Shown: one piece after another, positions 9,109-17,052 of the stretch
Layout of the letters: each line of letters begins with the position of its first letter
How positions within the stretch are numbered: the stretch's first letter is position 1
Origin: a virus
DNA: 34,167 nt
IMG/VR virus record: IMGVR_UViG_3300000116_000002
Location: 1 to 34,167 of that record
Direction: 5' to 3' (one strand)
The notes under the pieces: model-generated
Database searches by the model: none
Told to the model about the DNA's origin: nothing
Seen by the model: only the letters and a program-made list of their open reading frames with translations
Position numbers and translations under genes: made by a program

Positions 9109-9972
9109 TTATGCTGACTCATCGCAATCGATTTGGATCACTTTGGCCTCTTCCATACGGGTCGCACCAAACTGGGCGCAATAATAAACCTGTGTAGAAT
9201 AAGACTTGTCAGCTCTCTCATCGATGCGAGATTGAACGTCTTTGCCGACTGCCAGCTTGAGGCCATCTTGAGCCCAAGCGAAACAGCTACGAATGTTGCC
9301 AGATTTTGAAAGGCGAGTAGACACATGGAACTGAAAGCCCATGAATGTGTTAACCTCACCCTGCACCAGGGCTTTGACTGTGTTAAAGTCAGAGCTTGTG
9401 ACAGAGGTGGTGTTTAACAACGCCTCGATTTGGTCTGGCCCCACAGCAATGTGCCGTGGAATTGATGGATCAACTGAACCCAGGTCAAGTAACTTCTTGG
9501 CTGAGATTAGTTTCGCCACAGTCAGATCAGCTGATCCGTCAGCAATCTGGTTTGCTGCAAGCATTGTTGTGCTTGTTGCACCAGCTTTGCCGGTCAGTGA
9601 TGTGCCTATTGCTGCCTCGATGATTGCATCATCCATAGCACGACCCATAGCAGCAGCTGCCGCACGGGCATATGTGCTTGTAGGATCGATGAGCATCTGG
9701 ACTTTGTCAGCGTCATCAATGAGATCAGCCCATTCATAGGCTTCCATAGTCACCATGCGGCGGCTATGTGGTGTGTCAACCATGGGTGTATCCTGGTGCC
9801 TTGATGTACGTTTTACCGCAGCCGCTGCACCAACTTGATCGAAGAAAGCCTTTTCTCCGACCACTGATTCCTCTTCGACGCCGCCCCGTAGGATCGACCC
9901 CATCTGCTGAGAAAGCAGCTGTACGTTTGTGCTAAACTGCTGGGAAAACGCGGTTGAGATTTGTGTAGACAT
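9109..9972 (-). CDS. Major capsid protein, 287 aa
   Basis: The motifs RHQDTP...HSRR...YEWADLIDDADK...DP.S.Y, VTSSDFNTVKALVQGEVNTFMGFQF and DKSYSTQVYY match the podovirus 'phage capsid protein' family pattern, from memory. A GGGAG Shine-Dalgarno is present and the gene follows the scaffold gene. Confidence 0.85.
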   Translation of the reverse strand: MSTQISTAFSQQFSTNVQLLSQQMGSILRGGVEEESVVGEKAFFDQVGAAAAVKRTSRHQDTPMVDTPHSRRMVTMEAYEWADLIDDADKVQMLIDPTSTYARAAAAAMGRAMDDAIIEAAIGTSLTGKAGATSTTMLAANQIADGSADLTVAKLISAKKLLDLGSVDPSIPRHIAVGPDQIEALLNTTSVTSSDFNTVKALVQGEVNTFMGFQFHVSTRLSKSGNIRSCFAWAQDGLKLAVGKDVQSRIDERADKSYSTQVYYCAQFGATRMEEAKVIQIDCDESA

Positions 9973-10065
9973 ATCAATGTCTCCCTTTGCGTTTGCAGTT
10001 AAATGGCTTGCTACCCGCCGGAATGACGGACAAAGGTTTTTGCAGTACGGATGCGCCGACCGGGG

Positions 10066-10257
10066 CTATGCAGCTTGTCCGGGTTTTTGCTTTGGTGCCT
10101 TGGCTGACTGGGCGCTAGGCTTGTCAATCGGCGTGAGGCACCACTGCAAATTCTTTTCTGCCTGTTCCAATGGGTTCTGGATCACAGCGTGTGTGCCGGC
10201 TTCCATTGTCAGGCGTAATACTTCTAGCCGGAACTCTCTATCCTCATGCTCCGACAT
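10066..10257 (-). CDS. Hypothetical small protein, 63 aa
   Basis: ORF between the scaffold and capsid genes. Its start overlaps the end of the scaffold gene by 14 nt. Confidence 0.45.
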   Translation of the reverse strand: MSEHEDREFRLEVLRLTMEAGTHAVIQNPLEQAEKNLQWCLTPIDKPSAQSAKAPKQKPGQAA

Positions 10258-11071
10258 TTAACATTTCCTGATATCTCAGCCCCTCTTGCACATAGAACTG
10301 ATGCTCAGGGTGACGTTGATCCCAGTATGGTGTGCCTGGCGCTCTAATTTCTGAGAGCTTGGCTTTGGCATCATCAGGCGTCAGACCGCCGGATGATTTG
10401 GTGCCGGCCAGTACATCTTCACCAATCTTGCTGTTTATAAACTCGCTGACATTGACCATCATCTTAATGATGCCAGGGTGATCTCCCAGTAGCCGGCCAT
10501 CGGCCAGCTGGATCTCTGACAGCTCAGCTGAGCCAAACTCTTGCATGGCGGCGTTGCCGTTAGTAATGCGATCTGCATAGGCAGCGCCATATTCTTTTTT
10601 AAGCTCAATCTCTGTAGTTTCACGCATTTGCTGGATCTGACCTTCATCAGCGCCTAACTGTGTGCCAAGAAACTGATTATAGCCACCAAGCAGCTTTTGT
10701 GCTTGTGATGGTGTCAGACCGGCCTCATGGGCTGCGCTTTTAAACCAGTTCAGCATATCGTCTGATTGCTCGATGCCTTCCGGCATTTCGTTGTCCAACT
10801 CGTAACCATCCGGCGAATCTGGCCGGCCTAGTCTGCGATATACCTCGCCCCAGTCTTCATCAGTGGCGTGTTTGCCCGGTATCGCCAGCTTATCAGCGCC
10901 GATCATTGACTGCGCGTTGACATAGCTTTTAGCCAGAGCCCCAACGTCGGTAATATGTTCTAATGACTTATGTCCCCGGATTTCCTCGGGAACGCTAGTG
11001 CGCCAATCGCTGGCGACAGACTGGGCTACCGTTGCATCGGCAACGACCTCAGCTACCTGTTCTTCACTCAT
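10244..11071 (-). CDS. Scaffolding protein, 275 aa
   Basis: Acidic, helical protein encoded between the portal and major capsid genes. Confidence 0.65.
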   Translation of the reverse strand: MSEEQVAEVVADATVAQSVASDWRTSVPEEIRGHKSLEHITDVGALAKSYVNAQSMIGADKLAIPGKHATDEDWGEVYRRLGRPDSPDGYELDNEMPEGIEQSDDMLNWFKSAAHEAGLTPSQAQKLLGGYNQFLGTQLGADEGQIQQMRETTEIELKKEYGAAYADRITNGNAAMQEFGSAELSEIQLADGRLLGDHPGIIKMMVNVSEFINSKIGEDVLAGTKSSGGLTPDDAKAKLSEIRAPGTPYWDQRHPEHQFYVQEGLRYQEMLNVGA

Positions 11072-11288
11072 CTGATGTCATATCCTCTAATTGTTTGCGA
11101 TCCCGCAGCATGGATCTGATAAAAAGCAAAACCGTGCGCTGCCCTTCACGGTAGGCTGTTTCACAAGGATCAGCCGAAAATGTTGTCGAATGTTCACAAA
11201 ATCTCACACCCAGATCATCTAGGATGCGTTGCCCGTCCTCACTGCTGAACACAGTTTTATAAAGCTGTATCGTATCTTCCGGCGTCAT
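11064..11288 (-). CDS. Small head-module protein (Bbp19-like), 74 aa
   Basis: It lies between portal and scaffold and overlaps both neighbours. The pattern F.S.DG..IL.DL....F..DP..TAY.EGQR.V resembles the small proteins at this position in BPP-1-type phages, from memory. Confidence 0.5.
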   Translation of the reverse strand: MTPEDTIQLYKTVFSSEDGQRILDDLGVRFCEHSTTFSADPCETAYREGQRTVLLFIRSMLRDRKQLEDMTSDE

Positions 11289-12901
11289 TCAGCTGCCTCG
11301 GATGCATCAATGGCTCTGACCATTGGCGCGGCATTGCCAGCAGCCTCGGCTGTTTGCATAAGCTGTTGCTGTTCTGCCATTGCCGCCTGTTGTTCCTGGC
11401 GCTGCGCGCGCAAAATAGCGACTTCCTGATCGCCTCTCACCGCCGTGGCCGGCACTGACAGGATCTTGATCAGGTGACGTGATATGCCGTCGCTGTCCAC
11501 ATAATCCATGATTGACGGATCAAGCTGCGATAGCGGCGTCATTAGCTCTAGCAATCTGGTCATGGACTGTATGTCGCCCTGACGCTGTGCTTTGGCCAAC
11601 GGGCTGACATAGATGATTTCTATGTTTGAGCCGGTCATAAAGTCAGGCGCCGGGGCAAATGCCTTTTGCCGTGACAGGATGCTATATACGCGGGTGATCA
11701 GCGGTTGCAGCAGCTCCTGCGACAATCTTCCAGTCAGAGGGCCAAGCAGTCTCATTTTTTCTTCGGTGCGTTGAACCACCTCGGTGGCCGTCATTTGCGG
11801 CCCGGTGCCTAGTATCAGCTGGTCAACATAGAAAGCCGCACGGATAGCGCCGCGTCGTTGCTCTTCCATGTTAAGCCCCAGCGGGTTGTTTGCCCCTATA
11901 TTTAGTGGCTCAATCTTGTCGCGTGTACCAGATCTATAAAAGTTCAGACCGCCCGGTACTGTCCTGACCGGCAGCATAAAGCCGTCATCCGGCACCAGTA
12001 GCGGCGGGTCTACCTGTTTTTGCGCTGCCCGGATTGTCACTTCCGACATACGGTTTAGCATTTTTATATCTGCTAGCGCTGTCATAGATGGTGACCGGCC
12101 ATAGCCAAGCTCAAAAGAGCTTTTGCTAAAACGCGGCGCCATGTATGGGAACTCATCAAAGCCTGATTCGGACAGCACGACCTTTTGATCAGGCTCGATA
12201 TAGACTGAGGCAAACGGTTTGTTTTCAGCTGTGACCTTGGTTATGTCACGATCATCACGGCTATAGACCGCATGAAGCAATGTGATTTCATCATAGGGAT
12301 TATTCTGCGCGCGTTGCAGTATTTTACTATTGAATTTTTCTTCACCGAATCGGTTCATGGCGGCTCTGGCCGGCATCTTAAACTGGCGATAGACCGTATC
12401 GACCCGCCCTTTATCGTCTTCGGACAGGAAACATTCCTTGATATGGCGTGTACTAAATCTGATCTGTTGCTCGTCGTCTTTATCCACAAACATCACAGCA
12501 GTGCCAAATGTCACCAGATCGAGATATAGCTCGGCAATTTGCTCTTGAAAGTTGGAGCGGTTGAACGCCTGGTACATCACGTCCTCGACGCTTTGCAGCC
12601 ATTCTTTAGCTTCATCGTCGCCGTTCAGCTCATCATCATTATATCTAAGCCCGAACCAGCTGGTTGAGCCGTTGGTCAACATACCATGCAAGGAAGCTGC
12701 TAACAGCTCAGCTGCCAGTATGGCGGTGCCATCAAACACCAGCTCTGAGCGTTTATCGCCGGGAGAGCGGTTTTTTGTGACATCTGCCTTGCGCGGCACC
12801 ACATAGTCAGCAATTTCCTGCCAATGCCCTTCCCATGTCTGGCGCTGCGTTTCTAGCGCGTGGAAGCGTTTGATCAGGATTTGTGCGATTTCATCAGCCA
12901 T
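11285..12901 (-). CDS. Portal (head-tail connector) protein, T7 gp8-type, 538 aa
   Basis: The N-terminus RFHALETQRQTWEGHWQEIADYVVPRK...DGTAILAAELLAASLHGMLT...WF is characteristic of podovirus connectors. The size and position after terL also fit. Confidence 0.85.
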   Translation of the reverse strand: MADEIAQILIKRFHALETQRQTWEGHWQEIADYVVPRKADVTKNRSPGDKRSELVFDGTAILAAELLAASLHGMLTNGSTSWFGLRYNDDELNGDDEAKEWLQSVEDVMYQAFNRSNFQEQIAELYLDLVTFGTAVMFVDKDDEQQIRFSTRHIKECFLSEDDKGRVDTVYRQFKMPARAAMNRFGEEKFNSKILQRAQNNPYDEITLLHAVYSRDDRDITKVTAENKPFASVYIEPDQKVVLSESGFDEFPYMAPRFSKSSFELGYGRSPSMTALADIKMLNRMSEVTIRAAQKQVDPPLLVPDDGFMLPVRTVPGGLNFYRSGTRDKIEPLNIGANNPLGLNMEEQRRGAIRAAFYVDQLILGTGPQMTATEVVQRTEEKMRLLGPLTGRLSQELLQPLITRVYSILSRQKAFAPAPDFMTGSNIEIIYVSPLAKAQRQGDIQSMTRLLELMTPLSQLDPSIMDYVDSDGISRHLIKILSVPATAVRGDQEVAILRAQRQEQQAAMAEQQQLMQTAEAAGNAAPMVRAIDASEAAE

Positions 12902-13204
12902 TTAGCCACCTAGCAGCGTTTTGGATTCTGTAGGCGCATCACCCATCACGCCTTTGGTGCTGGTCATAATGGTGCCTGATTTCTTCTTTTTCTTTTTCTT
13001 TGGGGCGCCGTCTGCCTGTTCGCCGGCATAGATAACCTCATCAGGATTATCCGGCTCTGCCGCATCTACCGGCTCATTCACCGGCTGCTGGCCGCGCATG
13101 GCCGCTTCCTGTTCTTTCTTTGATGGCGCCACGCCCGTTGCTTTTGCCGTTTCTGCAAGCGCTTTAGTAAATGTTTTTCTAATTCTTCTGACCACACCGC
13201 CCAT
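12902..13204 (-). CDS. Small protein with a Lys7 tract and C-terminal ...SKTLLGG; paralogue of the upstream ORF, 100 aa
   Basis: The ORF is coupled on both sides, with a TAATG overlap upstream and the portal ATG directly after its stop. Its C-terminal 30 aa align with the 74-aa ORF. Confidence 0.65.
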   Translation of the reverse strand: MGGVVRRIRKTFTKALAETAKATGVAPSKKEQEAAMRGQQPVNEPVDAAEPDNPDEVIYAGEQADGAPKKKKKKKSGTIMTSTKGVMGDAPTESKTLLGG

Positions 13205-13428
13205 TATTTGCCTCCAAGTAGTGATTTATATTCGACCGGCGCCTCGGTGGTAACACCCTGCGGCCCTGTCTTCTGGCTGGTTTTCATTGTCGCCTTGCCC
13301 GTTTGCTTTTTCTTGGTCTTTTCAGTCTCGGTGCCGGGCGCATCCACAACAGGATCAGGGGCTGGCGGCGGTGGCGGCGGCGCTGGTGGCGGCGGCGGTA
13401 TATTTACCTTTGGTGTCAAAAAACTCAT
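13204..13428 (-). CDS. Small protein with a poly-proline tract and C-terminal ...YKSLLGGK, 74 aa
   Basis: The ATG at 13428 forms an ATGA overlap with the terL stop. The longer listed start at 13488 lies inside terL. The sequence is MSFLTPKVNIPPPPPAPPPPPPAP... Confidence 0.6.
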   Translation of the reverse strand: MSFLTPKVNIPPPPPAPPPPPPAPDPVVDAPGTETEKTKKKQTGKATMKTSQKTGPQGVTTEAPVEYKSLLGGK

Positions 13429-14705
13429 GCGACCACTCCTAACGGGTTGTACGCGCTGTCTGCGATTTTTTGGGGCGGCCTCTCCCACGCTTGGTTTTCT
13501 TTGATACCGACGGCGAGGTATCTGAAAGCGTCGGCGGCGTGGCTCGACCAGTCGTGGACGGGCGTGGATCTAAAACTTCTAAGACGCTCGTTATACGCCC
13601 TATGATAGTGCCTAAGAGCTTCCAAGCCCGGCCCACAAGCGGTTTTGTCAAACCAGCAGCGTGGAATAAGCATCTGTGCAGCATGGATTCCATCCTCTAA
13701 TGGTAGTTTGGGTACGACCCGAAAGTTAATCCCCAGATCCCAGGCGACCTCTCGCCGGCTTTTACCAGACCCCAGCTCTCTTACCTCGATGTCATGCGGG
13801 GCATTGTGTGTGCCGTAAAGGTAATCTTTTTCTTGAAGCATCCGGGCATAGTGCGGCAAGCCCTCGCCACGGTTTTCATAAAAATCGATAACGTGAACAG
13901 CCCTGCCCACGCTTTGCGTAAACCAGACCACAGTGCTATCGCCGACGCCCAGATCCCACCAGGTATCCACCTTTGCACTTGGATCATAGGGAACTGAAGA
14001 GATGCGCCCTGTTTCTTGAGCGGCTTGCAGCTCTTTTCCAAAAACAGCCCCCGGCACATTAGCCACCCAGCTGCACTCAAACTCTTGCTCAAACTGATCT
14101 GCCGACATCATAGACCGGGCAGCGTCCAGCTCTTCAGCATCCAGGATGCCAGTCTCGCTGGCCTTGTGAATTGCCGTGTACCAGTCGTCCTGGCTTTCGG
14201 CCGCCACAAACAATTCATAAAATGCGTTGTGGCCTCTAGGCGTACCGATAAACAGCGCCTTGCCTTTCCTGTCGCTCAGCGCCGGCCTGATAATCTCAGG
14301 AAACAAACTCTCAGGCATATCTGCCATTTCATCGAGACACGCCATGTCCAGATAAATACCACGCAAGCTATCCGGGTTCTCAGCGCCCAAGAGCTGTATC
14401 CTTGCGCCATTAGGCAAATCACACCTAAGCTCAGTCTCATGAAACCTGGTCATAGGTATCTTGCCGGCGAACTGCTTCAAGTAATCCCATGCCACCGCCT
14501 TAGCTTGCCTGTAGGTGGGCGCTATGTAAGCACAGCGCGGATTGGTATTGGGATTAAGCACAGCCTCTCTCAGCAAGTGATTTATCGCCATGACGGTCTT
14601 GCCAGCACGTCGGTGCAGGACAACGACGCCCCAGCGCTTGGCGCTTAGCTCAGCGTGGAGCTGCGCTTGCAATGGCCGTGGTGTATAGGGGATCTCAATG
14701 TTCAT
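13425..14705 (-). CDS. terL: Terminase large subunit, 426 aa
   Basis: Walker A-like LHRRAGKT and Walker B-like LDEMADM motifs are present, followed by a C-terminal nuclease-type region. It lies upstream of the portal gene. Confidence 0.9.
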   Translation of the reverse strand: MNIEIPYTPRPLQAQLHAELSAKRWGVVVLHRRAGKTVMAINHLLREAVLNPNTNPRCAYIAPTYRQAKAVAWDYLKQFAGKIPMTRFHETELRCDLPNGARIQLLGAENPDSLRGIYLDMACLDEMADMPESLFPEIIRPALSDRKGKALFIGTPRGHNAFYELFVAAESQDDWYTAIHKASETGILDAEELDAARSMMSADQFEQEFECSWVANVPGAVFGKELQAAQETGRISSVPYDPSAKVDTWWDLGVGDSTVVWFTQSVGRAVHVIDFYENRGEGLPHYARMLQEKDYLYGTHNAPHDIEVRELGSGKSRREVAWDLGINFRVVPKLPLEDGIHAAQMLIPRCWFDKTACGPGLEALRHYHRAYNERLRSFRSTPVHDWSSHAADAFRYLAVGIKENQAWERPPQKIADSAYNPLGVVA

Positions 14706-14856
14706 GTCAGAGACAGGCTCATGATAGGTTATTATACGCTATAGATTCGGCGGGTTAGTCCGGGGGTGGTGGGGGGGTCGCTTTTGCAAATCCCCACATA
14801 AAACAGGTACGCATCCCGTCACTCTCATAAGCATATCAACGGTTTCAGCCAGCCGA

Positions 14857-14875
14857 GTGCCAAGCCAGTGCCAAG
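14857..14875 (-). repeat. Tandem 11-bp-phased CTTGGCAC pair (third cluster, in the terS-terL spacer)
   Basis: The minus strand reads CTTGGCACTGGCTTGGCAC. This is almost identical to 23393-23410 in the attP region. Confidence 0.8.
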
Positions 14876-14967
14876 ATCATTCCCAGCCAGACATCAATCA
14901 AAGAAAAACAAAACTTGGGTATGCCTCGTGCGCGCGAGCCCTGACACAGACAGCTTGTTATATATAT

Positions 14968-15420
14968 CTACCCAACCACTTCAGCTTCAGCATTGCCCCA
15001 CACCAAAGTCAATGTCCCGCCCTGCTGCTGCTTGTCATCTGCCTTATCTCTGATACCCAATGGCTGCATCTGCCTGATGTGCTTATCCTTGTGATCAGCC
15101 TCTAACCTTCTACGCTGCACCTCAGCCATGGCCAGCTTGGGATCGTCAGGCAATGGCGCTTCAACAAGATCAATGATTTGATCACGCATGACCTCACACT
15201 GCAAAGCCCTGGCTGTCCTGTATGCTGTGTAAGCCTCTTCATCTTCTTGAACGTGACGCAATACTGTACGCCATGAAGGCAAGCTGTCATCTTCATTGCA
15301 GATCCTGGTCAGACTAATCCCGTCTGCAATCCGCTCGCAGATCGTTGTCATCTGTGTTTTTGTGATGCGTCGTTTAGCCATTGCCATCCAAAAGAACTGA
15401 CCCAGCCATAGGCATGTCAT
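14968..15420 (-). CDS. terS: Terminase small subunit (HTH-type), up to 150 aa; true start uncertain (possibly MAMAKRR or MAKRR)
   Basis: The pattern ICERIADGISLTRICNEDDSLPSWRTVLRHV..DEEAYTAYRTARALQ is typical of phage small terminases. It lies upstream of terL. Confidence 0.75.
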   Translation of the reverse strand: MTCLWLGQFFWMAMAKRRITKTQMTTICERIADGISLTRICNEDDSLPSWRTVLRHVQEDEEAYTAYRTARALQCEVMRDQIIDLVEAPLPDDPKLAMAEVQRRRLEADHKDKHIRQMQPLGIRDKADDKQQQGGTLTLVWGNAEAEVVG

Positions 15421-15503
15421 GGCTGAGCCAGCTTGTAAGGTTCAAGTTAAGGGAGGATTTACGCAACATATAGTGCAGCGTATAAGAATCTGTACTACTT
15501 TTA

Positions 15504-15520
15504 GATCATTCGCGTCAAGT
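15504..15520 (-). promoter_or_regulatory. ACTTGACG-type promoter/operator-like element upstream of terS
   Basis: The minus strand reads ACTTGACGCGAATGATC. It shares ACTTGACG..AAT with three other intergenic elements. A related TCCCTTAACTTGAAC lies about 70 bp downstream. Confidence 0.35.
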
Positions 15521-15536
15521 GCTTTGACCAATTATG

Positions 15537-15920
15537 TCACAACACATAATACAATCTAATCAACACATCCTTGTAACGCCGCTTGACGATCCTTGGATCG
15601 TTGAGCTGCAAGATCCTTGCAAGCTTTGTCCATGATGGGCCACGCTCTCTGAACGCAGCGCTGTGAGCTACAGCCCAGACCAGTCTCCGATCCTCTTGAT
15701 CGAGCTTGGTTACAGCCAAGCCAACAGCCTTGTCATATCTTGTGATTTGATCAGGTGTAGCTTTGAGCTTGGGCGCTTCGAAAGCATTGTAGCCATATGC
15801 TTGCCATTCCATGACATAGTCTGGCCATGCAGACATCTTTTGCTTGCGAATAGCAGCTGGTAGCTTGCGCTCTGTCTCGGCTGCTTCCATGAAAAGCTCG
15901 TTAAGCTCAGCCACGTCCAT
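15537..15920 (-). CDS. Hypothetical protein with a possible C-terminal HTH (candidate regulator), 127 aa
   Basis: I chose the ATG at 15920 because an AGGA lies 9 nt upstream. The listed start at 15953 lies deeper inside the upstream ORF. The C-terminus is WTKLARILQLNDPRIVKRRYKDVL. Confidence 0.55.
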   Translation of the reverse strand: MDVAELNELFMEAAETERKLPAAIRKQKMSAWPDYVMEWQAYGYNAFEAPKLKATPDQITRYDKAVGLAVTKLDQEDRRLVWAVAHSAAFRERGPSWTKLARILQLNDPRIVKRRYKDVLIRLYYVL

Positions 15921-16215
15921 TGAGCTTATCCTGTAGCTTGTGCAGATAATCAACGCGATCTAACGCAGTCATGGATTGCATAGCTTTTTGCAGCTCTTTG
16001 AACGCTTCTAAGCTATATCTAGGTCTAAGCCTTTTCATGACTCTACGTTCAAGCTCAGCAATCGGATCTACCTTAGATCTATCTATAGCTTGGACATACG
16101 GTGCTTTGCAGAGCAAAGCCTGTTTTTTAAGTAAATTATTTATGGTTTGATCAGCAGATGCAATCCGTGATTGCTGTGACTGCTTGGAATCAGAGCTACA
16201 TGATACCCGTTTCAT
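15907..16215 (-). CDS. Hypothetical protein, 102 aa
   Basis: ORF within the packed early minus-strand operon. Confidence 0.55.
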   Translation of the reverse strand: MKRVSCSSDSKQSQQSRIASADQTINNLLKKQALLCKAPYVQAIDRSKVDPIAELERRVMKRLRPRYSLEAFKELQKAMQSMTALDRVDYLHKLQDKLNGRG

Positions 16216-16218
16216 CTG

Positions 16219-16515
16219 TCAAGCCCCATTAGTCATGTTGTAAAAACTATATTTCTCTACAACATCACGACCGAGCGCTGGCATCTGTGGCATCGGCACT
16301 TGCTTTTCCAGATCATAATGAGCCGGCATTTGCTTTACGCACATGTCTAAAATGTAAATTGTAGCCGGCTGATCCTTAACCAATGTCATGCCTTGAGCTG
16401 TCCACTCAGCGAAATTTTTCATTTCCTCGACTGTATCTAAACCGACAGTCATGTGGTTTTCCAATGTTTGCAGATCATTACTGTCGCCCTGAATTACAAT
16501 TGAACAATATGGCAT
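16219..16515 (-). CDS. Hypothetical acidic protein, 98 aa
   Basis: ORF with a GAGGAG Shine-Dalgarno 9 nt upstream of the ATG. Confidence 0.6.
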   Translation of the reverse strand: MPYCSIVIQGDSNDLQTLENHMTVGLDTVEEMKNFAEWTAQGMTLVKDQPATIYILDMCVKQMPAHYDLEKQVPMPQMPALGRDVVEKYSFYNMTNGA

Positions 16516-16585
16516 TTATCACTTCTCCTCATAAGTAGCCCCTGTGTTTTTAACAGCTATCCTGACTGCTTCTCTCCAGCACCGA

Positions 16586-16888
16586 TCATTGGCGCAAACC
16601 AGCTTGCCGCTGCCCAGAATGACCCATGTCCCCATCATTTGCTCGTGATATGCCTGGCAGATACAGCACCTCTGCGGCCAGTGTGTCTCGTCCAATGTCC
16701 ATCTCCATTATCTGCCCGGCCATCTCAGCCAACACATAGCCTTCTGTTAACACTCCATGACCGCCATACTGCGTCACAGCCCAGGGCTCGATGTCCCAGG
16801 CTTCAGCAATCATAAACAAGCCCATACCGTCTAGCACCGAGCGCCGGTAATCTTGCTGCGCTAGCTGCATCGCCTGTTCGTATTTCAT
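16586..16888 (-). CDS. Hypothetical protein, 100 aa
   Basis: The ATG at 16888 forms an ATGA overlap with the stop of the upstream 55-aa ORF. The track's start at 16897 is a GTG. Confidence 0.55.
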   Translation of the reverse strand: MKYEQAMQLAQQDYRRSVLDGMGLFMIAEAWDIEPWAVTQYGGHGVLTEGYVLAEMAGQIMEMDIGRDTLAAEVLYLPGISRANDGDMGHSGQRQAGLRQ

Positions 16889-17052
16889 CCGGTACACTCC
16901 CCGCCATCAGCCTGACAAAAAAAGCTCTCATCATCAAAAACCCAGTCAGATTGTCGGGCTACAAAGTCAGTAAACTCAGCGCTGGTTCTGCCGCCAGAAA
17001 AGCTGATCTGGATGTTGCCGTCTGGCAATGTGTACGGGTTCACGTCAGCCAT
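16885..17052 (-). CDS. 55-aa ORF carrying a PP-loop-like SFSGGRTS motif (possible remnant of a PAPS-reductase-like gene)
   Basis: Hand translation gives MADVNPYTLPDGNIQISFSGGRTSAEFTDFVARQSDWVFDDESFFCQADGGECTG. It is below the ORF-track length cut-off and is coupled to both neighbours. Confidence 0.4.
   Translation of the reverse strand: MADVNPYTLPDGNIQISFSGGRTSAEFTDFVARQSDWVFDDESFFCQADGGECTG

Noticed and set aside
9973-10065. A possible structured regulatory element in the 93-nt gap upstream of the major capsid gene
   Set aside because: I found only 3-4 bp complementary stretches by eye and no T-tract. The support is not enough to call a terminator or attenuator.
13439-14092. Minus-strand ORFs 13439..13693 and 13781..14092 nested in terL, and similar nested same-strand ORFs (9138..9359, 10459..10647, 15102..15296, 26336..26521, 27813..28058, 28620..28907, 29076..29282, 33206..33397)
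   Set aside because: They are out-of-frame ORFs entirely inside longer, well-supported genes. I noticed no independent ribosome-binding signal or motif.
14900-14967. A possible terminator after terS (CTCG-CGCGCA-CGAG followed by a T-rich run)
   Set aside because: The stem is only 4-5 bp and the T-rich segment begins about 9 nt after it. This is too weak to call.
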